Shown piece after piece: positions 30,918 through 40,446 of a stretch of DNA of 64,000 nucleotides. Numbering within the stretch: position 1 is the first letter of the stretch; every line of letters begins with the position of its first letter. A program made the translations under genes and the position numbers. The stretch spans positions 1,600,001-1,664,000 of the forward strand of contig CP182352.1 of NCBI GenBank assembly GCA_048571215.1, given 5' to 3'. Source of the stretch: Halarcobacter sp. Lineage in GTDB: Bacteria; Campylobacterota; Campylobacteria; Campylobacterales; Arcobacteraceae. The notes under the pieces are model-generated. The model did no database searches. It saw only the letters and a list, made by a program, of their open reading frames with translations, and was not told the DNA's origin.

Positions 30918-31928
30918 TTAGCACTTGCTATATTTCTCTTCTAAAAGTGCAGTATCTTTAAAAAATCTATAACTTAGAAGTTTTCCATCTTTTATGGTTA
31001 CATGTGCCATCCAAAATGTATCATAAATAGAATCATTTCTTTTTATCTTATATTTCAAATACCCTTTTATAAACGCTTCATTTTTATTTGAAGCAAAACT
31101 ATCTACTCTAAAATCTTCTGTGATGTAAAAATCACTCAGATGCTTAAAAAAATCAGTTAATTGATTTTTACCACGATATGTTCCATAAAGTTCAGGGTAA
31201 GTTTCACTTGTATCTTTTACAGCTATATACTCAATATTATCATCTACTAAAGTTAAAGCCTCTTTTATATCACCAGTTGATAAAGCCTTGTAATAATCAA
31301 GTACTATTTCATGTGCAAGTTTTTTATAATGTAAATCTAGAAACTCTTTTGTATCTAAAAGTGCCCCAAAATGAGGTACAATATTTAGCTCAAAAAACTC
31401 TTTTTGTTCTTTGGTAAAGGCACTTGTAGCATCACTTATAACATAAGTATTATATCCTTTATCGTGGGCTTCTCTAAATGTTGACTCCACACAAACATTT
31501 GTAGCATATCCTATTAAAAATATATTCTCAATGCCATTATTTCTTAATATTTCATTTAGATTTGAACCTGCAAACCCACTTACACCAAGCCTTCCAGATA
31601 CTATAAACTCATCTTCTTTTGGCAAAAAATCATTATGGAAATCTTTACTTTTTCCTTGCCAAGTATTAACCTTTTGGATAACTGCCCTAAGACCTAATTT
31701 CGCTTTTTCTTTTCCAAACTCTTTATAATCATTACTTACTATAAAAGGTACATGAATAATACTCATACCAATTTTACGCCCATGCTCTAAAACTTTTTTA
31801 GAGTTTATATTAGACTCTTCAAATTGTTTTTTATCCTTCATTAGGTGTTCTAATTTTGAATCTTCGTCCAACCACTCATTTTGATACTCTATTAATACCA
31901 AGGCACTTTTTTTAATATCAATTTTCAT
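30918..31928 (-). CDS. Isochorismatase-family cysteine hydrolase fused to a SnoaL/NTF2-like domain
   Basis: ALVLIEYQNE and GYATNVCVEST, then YYKALSTGD..GTYRG..WMAHVTIKDGK; likely ATG at 31928. Confidence 0.82.
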   Translation of the reverse strand: MKIDIKKSALVLIEYQNEWLDEDSKLEHLMKDKKQFEESNINSKKVLEHGRKIGMSIIHVPFIVSNDYKEFGKEKAKLGLRAVIQKVNTWQGKSKDFHNDFLPKEDEFIVSGRLGVSGFAGSNLNEILRNNGIENIFLIGYATNVCVESTFREAHDKGYNTYVISDATSAFTKEQKEFFELNIVPHFGALLDTKEFLDLHYKKLAHEIVLDYYKALSTGDIKEALTLVDDNIEYIAVKDTSETYPELYGTYRGKNQLTDFFKHLSDFYITEDFRVDSFASNKNEAFIKGYLKYKIKRNDSIYDTFWMAHVTIKDGKLLSYRFFKDTALLEEKYSKC

Positions 31929-32289
31929 TAAATACCTCTTTTGCAGCAAATAGAGCATTTAAAGCACAAGGAAAACCTCCATAAACTGCCATTTGCATAA
32001 TCACTTCTACAATCTCTTCTTTACTACACCCTACATTTAGTCCTGCATGAATATGCACTTTTAATTGTGATGATGCATTTCCCATAACTGTAAGTGCTGC
32101 AATAGTTGCAATTTCTCTTGATTTTAAATCTAATTTTTCTCTTGTATAAATATCTCCAAAAGGAAACTCAATAAGTAAATCTGCAAACTCTGGGGCAATA
32201 TCTTTCAATGACTCAATCACTTTTTCCCCTGCACTACCATCTACTTCTTTTAACTTTTCCCAACCTTTATTAAATCTATCTGATTTCAT
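31918..32289 (-). CDS. Carboxymuconolactone decarboxylase family protein
   Basis: FGDIYTR..LDLKSREIATIAAL..QLKVH..YGGFP. Confidence 0.9.
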   Translation of the reverse strand: MKSDRFNKGWEKLKEVDGSAGEKVIESLKDIAPEFADLLIEFPFGDIYTREKLDLKSREIATIAALTVMGNASSQLKVHIHAGLNVGCSKEEIVEVIMQMAVYGGFPCALNALFAAKEVFNEN

Positions 32290-32337
32290 AACAATCCTTT
32301 AATTTATTTAATAGATTATAAATCAATCAAAGAAGTA

Positions 32338-32407
32338 AGAGTATAAGAAAAAGGACTTATTTTATAAGTTTTGTTCCCAATAAAGTAAAAGAGGAGTTTT
32401 ATAATAT
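32338..32407. repeat. 70-bp direct repeat, copy 2 (orphan copy of the AraC C-terminal codons)
   Basis: Minus strand reads YYKTPLLLYWEQNL*, against YYKTTPLLYREQNL* in the AraC gene. Confidence 0.85.
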
Positions 32408-32413
32408 ATTGAA

Positions 32414-33430
32414 TCACCCTTTATATATCATTGGCTGATATTTTAGTTCTTGAAAAAGTTTCTCTTCCCCAACTTTTACAAAACCAAATGATTCATAAAC
32501 CTTTATTGCATATAAAGAAGCATTTACTTTCATATTTTGAATCTCATAACTTAATTTAGTAAATTCCCAAAACTTTTTAGCTATACCTTTTTTATGATAT
32601 TTTGAATCAACAAAAAGATGAAAGATTTGGTTTTTGTCTTTTATAGTAAGTAAACCTACAATTTTTTTATCTATGACATATACAAATTGCTCATATGCTT
32701 TATTTATAATTCTTTCTTCAAATGCTTTAGAAGACAATTCATCAATAAACCATTTTGGAGCACTTTTATCAAAGATAAATCCTAATAAGCTATTTGATAA
32801 AAAACTTAAATCTTCTACATCATCAATACTTACAGCTCTAATATATTCATTTATATCAGGTAAGTGATTTGATATCTCTTCATAGTTGTTATACTTTTCA
32901 AGAGTATTTATAATTATCTCTAAAGGTTTAGAGTATTTTATTGGCAAATCAAACTCATTTTTTTGTATTTTAAAAGCAAGTTGCTCCAAAGGCGGAATAA
33001 ACTGGGCATCTACTTTATCTTTATTTCCTCTAGGATCAACTCTATACCAACCATATTTTTCAAGATAAATAGCATTTAAACCATGTAAACAATAAATATC
33101 ATCTTTATACTCACTGCAAGACAATCTTTGATAACAAAAAGCAGTAGGAATGCCATTTGCTCTAAGTAATGCTGCTAATAAAAAAGCTTTTGCATAGCAC
33201 CAGCCAGTTTTATACTCTAACACTTCACTAGCTTTTGATGTAATAATATCTGCTTTAATATCTCCACTATGAGATATCTCATCCCTAACATATTCAAAAC
33301 ATTTTTTTGCAATCTCTTCATCACTATTACAATTTAAAGCTAGAGATGAAGCTAGCTTTTGAATTGAAGGATTAGAAAAATCAATTACTTCAGACTCTTC
33401 TAAATAATTTTTAAAACTATTTGAACTCAA
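32414..33430 (-). CDS. Transglutaminase-like domain fused to a GNAT acetyltransferase
   Basis: GWCYAK, LHGLN and WYRVDP (Cys-His-Asp triad); C-terminal LFVDSKYHKKGIA..YESFGF. Confidence 0.82.
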   Translation of the reverse strand: MSSNSFKNYLEESEVIDFSNPSIQKLASSLALNCNSDEEIAKKCFEYVRDEISHSGDIKADIITSKASEVLEYKTGWCYAKAFLLAALLRANGIPTAFCYQRLSCSEYKDDIYCLHGLNAIYLEKYGWYRVDPRGNKDKVDAQFIPPLEQLAFKIQKNEFDLPIKYSKPLEIIINTLEKYNNYEEISNHLPDINEYIRAVSIDDVEDLSFLSNSLLGFIFDKSAPKWFIDELSSKAFEERIINKAYEQFVYVIDKKIVGLLTIKDKNQIFHLFVDSKYHKKGIAKKFWEFTKLSYEIQNMKVNASLYAIKVYESFGFVKVGEEKLFQELKYQPMIYKG

Positions 33431-33441
33431 AGTTAATACTC

Positions 33442-34203
33442 CTATTTATTTGAAAAACTATTAAAAAACTGTTTTGCAGTTCTTGCACTTTTACTTGCTC
33501 TACTTTGAGCAAACATAAGTGCATATTTATGTAATTCCTCTTTATCACCTTGGTAATCTTTAAAATAAAAATCAATTAATTTTAAATAATCTTGTTGATT
33601 TCCATGATAAAAAGATAACCATAAACCAAACCTATCACTTAAAGAGATTTTCTCTTCCACACTATCACCATAATGTATCTCTCCATTGTTACCAATTTTA
33701 GTTCCCTCATTGTCACTATGGTATTCTGTTATTAGGTGTCTTCTATTTGATGTGGCATAGATTTTTATATTTGCAGGTGTTGCCTCAATAGAACCTTCTA
33801 AAATCCTTTTTAAGCCTTTATACCCTCTTTCTCCCTCTTCAAATGATAAATCATCACAAAAAATAATAAACTTATATGGCAAATCCCTTATTTTGTCTGA
33901 AATTTCTATTAAATCATCCAAATCTTCTCTATCTATCTCTATTAGTCTTAGGTTTTGAAATTTGTATTCATTTAAAACAGCCTTTATAAGTGAAGATTTA
34001 CCTGTACCTCTTGCACCCCAAAGTAAAACATTGTTAGAAGGGAAACCATCAATAAATCTTTGAGTATTATTCATAATCTCTTTTTTTTGATGTTCAATAC
34101 CTAACAAATCATCAAAAAAAACTTCATCAATATACTTTACAGGTTTTAAATACTCATTTTTTGCTCTATAAATCGCTGCATAATTTTGACTCCAATCTAC
34201 CAT
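33442..34203 (-). CDS. DUF815 family AAA+ ATPase
   Basis: GARGTGKS, FCDDLSF, YATSNRRH and SLSDRFG. Confidence 0.9.
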   Translation of the reverse strand: MVDWSQNYAAIYRAKNEYLKPVKYIDEVFFDDLLGIEHQKKEIMNNTQRFIDGFPSNNVLLWGARGTGKSSLIKAVLNEYKFQNLRLIEIDREDLDDLIEISDKIRDLPYKFIIFCDDLSFEEGERGYKGLKRILEGSIEATPANIKIYATSNRRHLITEYHSDNEGTKIGNNGEIHYGDSVEEKISLSDRFGLWLSFYHGNQQDYLKLIDFYFKDYQGDKEELHKYALMFAQSRASKSARTAKQFFNSFSNK

Positions 34204-34249
34204 AAACTTTTCCTTTAATTTATATAATACTCAAAATAGTTTTTGAATA

Positions 34250-34774
34250 TTATCTTCCATAATAAGCCAATACTGATGATTTAGCTATGGTATGTGAATT
34301 TAAATAGAACCCTACAAGTGCAGGGTTTGCATTTTTATCAAGACCTAGTTTATCCACATCTAAGGCATATACTGTAAATATATATCTATGTGCTTTGTCT
34401 CCTATAGGAGGACAAGCTCCACCAAATCCTGATTTTCCAAAATCCGTAATACTTTGCACTATATCTTTTTGTTCATTATTTCCAAAACCTCTTTCTAAAG
34501 AGATTTTATCTTTTGGTATATCAAAAACTACCCAATGCCACCAGCCACTTCCTGTTGGTGCATCTGGATCATAAGCTGTTATTGCAAAAGATTTTGTCTC
34601 CTTAGGTGCATTTTCCCAAGTAAGTTTTGGAGATATATTTTTTCCACTACAACCAAAACCATTAAATACTTGATCATTTGATAATTGACCACTAATATCA
34701 TCACTAGATAAAGTGAAACCTTGAGCAAAAAGTAAAGTTGAGCCTAATACTATACTTAAAATAAAAGTTTTCAT
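34250..34774 (-). CDS. YbhB/YbcL (PEBP) family protein
   Basis: DPDAPTGSGWWHW and GACPP..HRY; signal peptide. Confidence 0.92.
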   Translation of the reverse strand: MKTFILSIVLGSTLLFAQGFTLSSDDISGQLSNDQVFNGFGCSGKNISPKLTWENAPKETKSFAITAYDPDAPTGSGWWHWVVFDIPKDKISLERGFGNNEQKDIVQSITDFGKSGFGGACPPIGDKAHRYIFTVYALDVDKLGLDKNANPALVGFYLNSHTIAKSSVLAYYGR

Positions 34775-34863
34775 GCATTACCTTTTTTTCTTTTATTTTA
34801 TATAAAAAAGAGTTTATTGTCTACTATATTTTTATTAAATTTTGTAAATTATTTTGTGGGATA

Positions 34864-34890
34864 TCTATAGTAGAAGATTTCTACTATAGA
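34864..34890 (-). terminator. Stem-loop downstream of the sulfide dehydrogenase operon
   Basis: TCTATAGTAGAA-gat-TTCTACTATAGA, 12-bp perfect stem. Confidence 0.6.
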
Positions 34891-34900
34891 ATAATATGAA

Positions 34901-35305
34901 TTATTTTCTAAGTCTAATATGACAAGAGGTACATTGTCTAAGTATTTGATTATAATCCTCTAAAGCATCTTGCATATTATTATTTTTTACTGATTCTTTC
35001 AAATCATCTACATAAAGTTCAATCATCCTTGCAGATTTTTCGCCAAACTTATAGGCATATTTTTCTTGTGTTGGTAAAAAATCTTTCATCTCTTGGGTTT
35101 CTAATGTTTTTACAACACCCAAAATCAAATCTCCGCCCTTGTCAAAACATTTACCTGAAGTACATCTATACAAAAACCCCTTTTGTATTAAAGACAATCC
35201 CTCAGCCATTTTGCCCATATCAGTTATTCTCTGAGCTTGTGTATAATCTTTTGCAAAAAGTGAACTACAAAGTAAAATTGAGATCAAAATAATTGTTTTT
35301 TTCAT
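34901..35305 (-). CDS. Periplasmic monoheme cytochrome c (class II / c'-like)
   Basis: Signal peptide, helical body and C-terminal CTSCH. Confidence 0.75.
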   Translation of the reverse strand: MKKTIILISILLCSSLFAKDYTQAQRITDMGKMAEGLSLIQKGFLYRCTSGKCFDKGGDLILGVVKTLETQEMKDFLPTQEKYAYKFGEKSARMIELYVDDLKESVKNNNMQDALEDYNQILRQCTSCHIRLRK

Positions 35306-35313
35306 AGTTTACC

Positions 35314-36039
35314 TTAATATATTATGATATCTTTAGTGTATTCACTAAGCTTAACCATTGGTGAATCTACCTTTACTATTTTTTTAGCTTTTCTCCAGTT
35401 TCCATATAACATCTTAAACTCTGGTTTAAATGATTTAAAATAATCATGGAATTTATCAGCTCCTAAAACTCCAACTGCCCAAATCTCGTCATTTGAATCA
35501 ACTTCCAAAATAATATTTGCTAAACCTTGTGTTGCAGGACCTGATATCACTTTAGAACCATTTTTTGGATCATATGCACTTAAATGTGATGAACATACAA
35601 ATACTCCTGCACCTTTATGTGCCATAGTCTTTTTCCCTTTTGCAACATAATTTAGAAAGCTATCACTAGGTTTTGGATGTGTTAATTGATGTTGACAAAT
35701 AGCTGAAACTGCTACTATTGAGTTATTTTTACCAACTCCACCACTAAAGATATATTCTTCTCCATCTTCTGATTTAAGTTTCACATTTTTATTTGTTGCT
35801 TCATTTAAATCCACAAGTAAACATGGTGTTCCCATATAAGGATACATAAATATGTAGTTTGTCTCTTTTTTAAGAGTTGATGCTTTTATTGCCTTACCAT
35901 TATCATCTACAAGTTTAACTTTTTTGTATGATTTATATAATGTACCATCAGCAGCATACAATGTTTGGGTTATAGATGATGGAGCTACCGCTACGAAAGT
36001 AGCTGCTCCAAGCATCTTTATAAATACTCTTCTATTCAT
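35314..36039 (-). CDS. Tat-exported Rieske-type [2Fe-2S] protein
   Basis: NRRVFIK Tat motif; ligand boxes CQHQ and CSSH..YDP..G.V..GPA. Confidence 0.75.
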   Translation of the reverse strand: MNRRVFIKMLGAATFVAVAPSSITQTLYAADGTLYKSYKKVKLVDDNGKAIKASTLKKETNYIFMYPYMGTPCLLVDLNEATNKNVKLKSEDGEEYIFSGGVGKNNSIVAVSAICQHQLTHPKPSDSFLNYVAKGKKTMAHKGAGVFVCSSHLSAYDPKNGSKVISGPATQGLANIILEVDSNDEIWAVGVLGADKFHDYFKSFKPEFKMLYGNWRKAKKIVKVDSPMVKLSEYTKDIIIY

Positions 36040-36053
36040 CTAATCATCCAAAA

Positions 36054-37406
36054 TTACATAAACATATCTCTATACATTCCATTGGCCCATTCAATTAGAC
36101 CTTTTCCTGTATTAGTTCCAGATTTACCATGCCAATTCTCCATAGTAGAAGCATTATTAAATCCAAATGATTTATTTTTTGTACTCCAGGCATAATCAGC
36201 ATTTACTGAGATAGCACTTATTTTTGGCATTACTGCAACAGCTGAATAACATGTGGTATGAGGAGAAGTCCACTCATCTTTTTTACCTAAAATTCTATTT
36301 GCGATTACCCTTGCAACTACATGACCTTCTGAATTTGAGGTATTCCCTGATTTACTAAAGCCCATAGGTCTAACATCCCCTGAACAGAAAATATATGGTT
36401 CATCTTTTACTTGGTAAGTAAATGGATCAATATTTGCTTCTGCCTTATTGATTGCATCTTTTGATACACCAATAACCTCTATAAGTTTGTTTGCTCTAAT
36501 TCGTGGATAAAAAGAGGCATCTGCAAATTCATATTCATCAAACTCTGTTTCGATTTTTTTATTTTTTAAATCAAATGATTCAATTTTTGCATTTGGAACA
36601 TAAACTATATAATCTTTATATAATTCATCAAATGCAGAATGGAAACCTTTTTTCTTTATTGTAATATCTGGGTTTTCATCTAAAAGTACAACTTTTCCAT
36701 CTATTTCATTTTCTTTAAAATAATTAGCAATCAAACATGCTCTTTCATATGGTGCAGGTAAACATCTGTAGTTTCCACCAGGAACAGTTAAAATAAAGTT
36801 TCCACTTTCAAAGTTTTCAATTTTTTCTTTTATAGTTTGATGCTCACTATGTAACATAAATCCAGCTGGATAATTTGTTCTAAGCTCATACTCCAGTTGA
36901 GTGTCACCCTTTGTCCAAGCTTCATAATCATAATCGATTCCTGGAGCTAGCACTAAATAATCATAATCCACAATTCCATCATTTGTGTAAACCATTTTAG
37001 CTTTTTTATCAACATTATAAACTGTTGCATTAAAAAAGGTATAACCATTATTTCTAGCTGCATCCAGATAACTATGAGTTAAAAACTCTAAATCAACTGC
37101 ATCTACTAACCATAAATTACTAATTGGACAAGATACAAAATGTGCTCTTTGTTCTATTAAGACTACATCCAAATCTGGAATATACTTTTTCAATCTCTTA
37201 GCAACAGACAAGCCAGACCATCCACCACCAACTACTACAACTCTTTGTTTAGTTCCATTTTTGGGTAAAGGAGCTTTAGAATCTAAAATTCCATTGCTTT
37301 TTGCCATCTTTGTAGGTTCCATATTATTTGTACTTGCCGTACATCCTGTAATTACAGTTGAAGCAGTAGTTATACCTGCCAACTTCAATAAATCTCTTCT
37401 ATTCAT
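36054..37406 (-). CDS. Flavocytochrome c sulfide dehydrogenase flavoprotein (FccB/SoxF-like), Tat lipoprotein
   Basis: NRRDLLK Tat motif and ITGC lipobox; GGGWSG; SCPISN (FAD Cys), YRCLPAPYER and TTCYS. Confidence 0.85.
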   Translation of the reverse strand: MNRRDLLKLAGITTASTVITGCTASTNNMEPTKMAKSNGILDSKAPLPKNGTKQRVVVVGGGWSGLSVAKRLKKYIPDLDVVLIEQRAHFVSCPISNLWLVDAVDLEFLTHSYLDAARNNGYTFFNATVYNVDKKAKMVYTNDGIVDYDYLVLAPGIDYDYEAWTKGDTQLEYELRTNYPAGFMLHSEHQTIKEKIENFESGNFILTVPGGNYRCLPAPYERACLIANYFKENEIDGKVVLLDENPDITIKKKGFHSAFDELYKDYIVYVPNAKIESFDLKNKKIETEFDEYEFADASFYPRIRANKLIEVIGVSKDAINKAEANIDPFTYQVKDEPYIFCSGDVRPMGFSKSGNTSNSEGHVVARVIANRILGKKDEWTSPHTTCYSAVAVMPKISAISVNADYAWSTKNKSFGFNNASTMENWHGKSGTNTGKGLIEWANGMYRDMFM

Positions 37407-37545
37407 GTTAACCCCTTGCATATTTTTCAACTTAATACTTAATATTAAGTACCAAAACTACAACGCCCCATGTAAGAATAATACAACAAATCACTTAAGT
37501 TTAAATTATTAATAATTTAGTTTAATTATAAGTATATTTTATAAA

Positions 37546-37583
37546 TAGCAATAGAGTAGCAATAAAACAGCAATAAAATAGCA
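37546..37583 (-). promoter_or_regulatory. Four 11-bp-period direct repeats upstream of a -10 box
   Basis: TAGCAATAGAG TAGCAATAAAA CAGCAATAAAA TAGCA; minus-strand TATAAT at 37525-37530. Confidence 0.6.
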
Positions 37584-37812
37584 TAGATTATTAGTAATTA
37601 TCTTTTGTATTCATCACACTTATAATACTTTAGTAAATAAGTAAGGATTAGATGATTTAATTTTTACTTAAATACCCATTTTAAAGGATTTTTTTCATTT
37701 AATATTACTAATTATTCATTTTTCAATTTTTAGAATCAATACAAAGATAAATTTATAGTTTATTAAATTTTAAATAAATTTAATGTTTATTACAGTAGTG
37801 TTACTAAAAGTA

Positions 37813-38223
37813 TCAAAAATCTAGATTATTTTGCCCTTTAAAACTAGATTTTATATTTTTTAGTTCATTATATTCTATCAACTTAACAAAAGTTTCTTCA
37901 ATATAATATCTTATAGCAGCTCTTGTTTGTTTATCTAAATTATAAACAATCTGTTTTCTTGCAACTTTACCTTTCCCTTCTAGTTTATTGTATTTATCGT
38001 TAAGAACAGCACCTTTAAACCAAGAAAAATAGATATAATCATCTTTTACTTTTATAGAGCAAAAACCACCCTCTTTTGTAAAGAAAGAACTAGTGTGCTC
38101 ATTGTGCTTCTCTTTTACACCATTGCCGATACAGATTTTTACAAAATCTCTAACTTGTAAAAATAATTCGGCTAATTCACTGTTGCAGTCTCTTTCAAAA
38201 GCAGTTCTATTTTTATATTTCAT
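37813..38223 (-). CDS. DUF1801 (YdhG-like) domain protein
   Basis: FCSIKVKDDYIYFSWFKGAVLND...LEGKGKVAR pattern. Confidence 0.6.
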   Translation of the reverse strand: MKYKNRTAFERDCNSELAELFLQVRDFVKICIGNGVKEKHNEHTSSFFTKEGGFCSIKVKDDYIYFSWFKGAVLNDKYNKLEGKGKVARKQIVYNLDKQTRAAIRYYIEETFVKLIEYNELKNIKSSFKGQNNLDF

Positions 38224-38238
38224 TTATTTACTTATTAT

Positions 38239-38871
38239 TTACTGCTCATTACAAATTTCAATACCCATTTTTAAAAAGCCAGTAAAGGCAGCATTGTCAA
38301 AAGATAATGGTTTATCAACCTTTGATTTAATATTATCTAACTCTTTTGAATATCGTTTATAAAACTCATAAGAGGGTCTTGGCTTATAGATTAAATCTGG
38401 GATTTCTAAATATTTTATAATATTTTTTGTAGTAGTTGGTTTGATGAAGTACTCTTTTTGTCTATTTATACTATATGGTACTAAAGTAACCAAAGTCCAC
38501 TTAGCCATTCTAAACTCTGCTAAAAACTCAACAAGTCCTTCAAAACCATTTTCTTTATTTCCATGCAAGAGTTCATAAAGCTCAATACTAAGCATATCTT
38601 TTTCGTAAGAGGTCAATGCTTTAATTACATCACGAAGTTTTACCTTATCAAATAAAGATACCATTACTGATTTTTGTATGGTTTTAAAATATGCTTCTGC
38701 AATAAAATGAGGGTCTGAAAAATTCTCTTTTGCAAAAGACTCCTTTGCATATGCTTCTAATTTTTCAGGATTGAACTTTTTTACTAATCTAATTAACTTC
38801 TCATCCTCAAATCCTTTTGGATAAGCATCAAAAAATTCAGACTCCACATCTTTTAGTTTTTCTATATTCAT
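38239..38871 (-). CDS. Hypothetical protein
   Basis: 210-aa ORF with SD GAGG; no family recognised. Confidence 0.7.
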   Translation of the reverse strand: MNIEKLKDVESEFFDAYPKGFEDEKLIRLVKKFNPEKLEAYAKESFAKENFSDPHFIAEAYFKTIQKSVMVSLFDKVKLRDVIKALTSYEKDMLSIELYELLHGNKENGFEGLVEFLAEFRMAKWTLVTLVPYSINRQKEYFIKPTTTKNIIKYLEIPDLIYKPRPSYEFYKRYSKELDNIKSKVDKPLSFDNAAFTGFLKMGIEICNEQ

Positions 38872-38949
38872 TTAAAACCTCTAATAACAAATCTAATTCA
38901 ATATTTTGACATATATCAAACTAATCGTTTATTAAAGATAGTTTTATTT

Positions 38950-40317
38950 TTAATAAATTTTCAATAAATCAAATTGTAAATACCAAATAGCAATTGAAAC
39001 AAAATATCCTATCAAAATTGTCCAAGCATATTTCATATGACTATTAAAAGTATAAACCCCTTTTAATTTTCCCATCACACCAACACCAGCTGCACTTCCA
39101 AATGAGATCAAAGAACCACCAATACCAGCTGTTAATGTTACAAGAAGCCAATTAGATAAATCCATATTTGGATTTGCTTTTAAAATTGCAGACATAACAG
39201 GTACATTGTCAACAATTGCAGATAAAAACCCAACTGCGACATTTGATAAGGTTGGCCCAAGATAACTTGGTTCATAAACAATAGAAGCTAAAGTTAACCA
39301 CCCTATAAAATAAAGAGCACCAACAGCTGCTAATATACCAAAGAAAAACATCAACGTATTATTTTCAATTTTTGACATAGATTTAAAAACATCAAAATGT
39401 TCATCACCAAATCTTTTTTTCAATTTAAATGAATAGAATTTCAATAAAACTAAACCAAACATCATACCCCACATAGCAGGAAAGTCTAAAAACTGATGTG
39501 AGACAACTGCCATAACTATTGTTATAACACCTAGAAAGATTATAGTTTTTGCTCCACTTTTCATAACAGGAACTTCAACATCTACATCAAAAGCTGGTTT
39601 TGTTTTTGGTACAAATAATGATAATAAAAACGCTGTAATTAAATACCCTAGTATAGATGCTGGGAATAGATATAAAAAGTCTATAAAAGCACCTTTTCCT
39701 GAAGTCCAAACCATAAGTGTAGTAATATCTCCAAAAGGGCTCCATGCACCACCTGCATTTGCTGCAACTACTATATTTATAGCTCCTGGTACTAAGAACT
39801 CTTTTTTGTCTCTTTCTATTGTTATTAGAACTGTTGATAAAATAAGTGCAGTTGTAAGATTATCTGCTATTGGTGAGATAAAAAATGCTAAAAATCCAGT
39901 AAGCCAAAATAGCTTTCTGTAACTATACCCTTTTGATACAAGATTGTATTTTAATCTATCAAATACACCCATATGAAGCAAGGACTCAATATATGTCATA
40001 GCAACAAATAAAAAGAAGAAAATCTCTGCTATCTCTAATATAACATTTTCTGCTTCTTCATGAACAAGTGTTATATCTAAGCCATTTAAAACAAAATAAA
40101 AGGCTATCAATAAAAAAGTAAAGATACCAACAAAAAGTGCAGGAAGAGACTTATCAACATCATATTTCTCCTCATTTGCTATTAAATAGTATCCAATAAT
40201 AAAAATACCCAAAGTTGCAACACCAACCCAAGTATTTACTAAATTTTGCTCTTCTATATTAGTTGCATATGCAACATTTGATAAAAAAAAAGCAACAGTG
40301 ACAAAAAGTTTGAACAT
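38950..40317 (-). CDS. nhaD: Na+/H+ antiporter NhaD
   Basis: SPIADNLTTAL, AANAGGAWSPFGDITT, SAIVDNVP and GSAAGV; SD AGGAG before ATG 40317. Confidence 0.9.
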   Translation of the reverse strand: MFKLFVTVAFFLSNVAYATNIEEQNLVNTWVGVATLGIFIIGYYLIANEEKYDVDKSLPALFVGIFTFLLIAFYFVLNGLDITLVHEEAENVILEIAEIFFFLFVAMTYIESLLHMGVFDRLKYNLVSKGYSYRKLFWLTGFLAFFISPIADNLTTALILSTVLITIERDKKEFLVPGAINIVVAANAGGAWSPFGDITTLMVWTSGKGAFIDFLYLFPASILGYLITAFLLSLFVPKTKPAFDVDVEVPVMKSGAKTIIFLGVITIVMAVVSHQFLDFPAMWGMMFGLVLLKFYSFKLKKRFGDEHFDVFKSMSKIENNTLMFFFGILAAVGALYFIGWLTLASIVYEPSYLGPTLSNVAVGFLSAIVDNVPVMSAILKANPNMDLSNWLLVTLTAGIGGSLISFGSAAGVGVMGKLKGVYTFNSHMKYAWTILIGYFVSIAIWYLQFDLLKIY

Positions 40318-40446
40318 GAACTCTCCTAAAATCTTCTTTTTATATTTTATTTGGAAAATAGTAGCATAAATTATAGAAAAACAATTTAAAATAATATTCA
40401 AAAGCTAGATAATTTATATACAATTTAATATCAGAACATTTTACAA

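Noticed and set aside
37546..37583. Short tandem repeats as a possible CRISPR array
   Set aside because: The 11-bp units have no spacers and there are no cas genes; better explained as a regulator site.
38906..38919. TTGACATATATCAA, FNR-like box
   Set aside because: A single one-mismatch hit in very AT-rich DNA with no supporting context.
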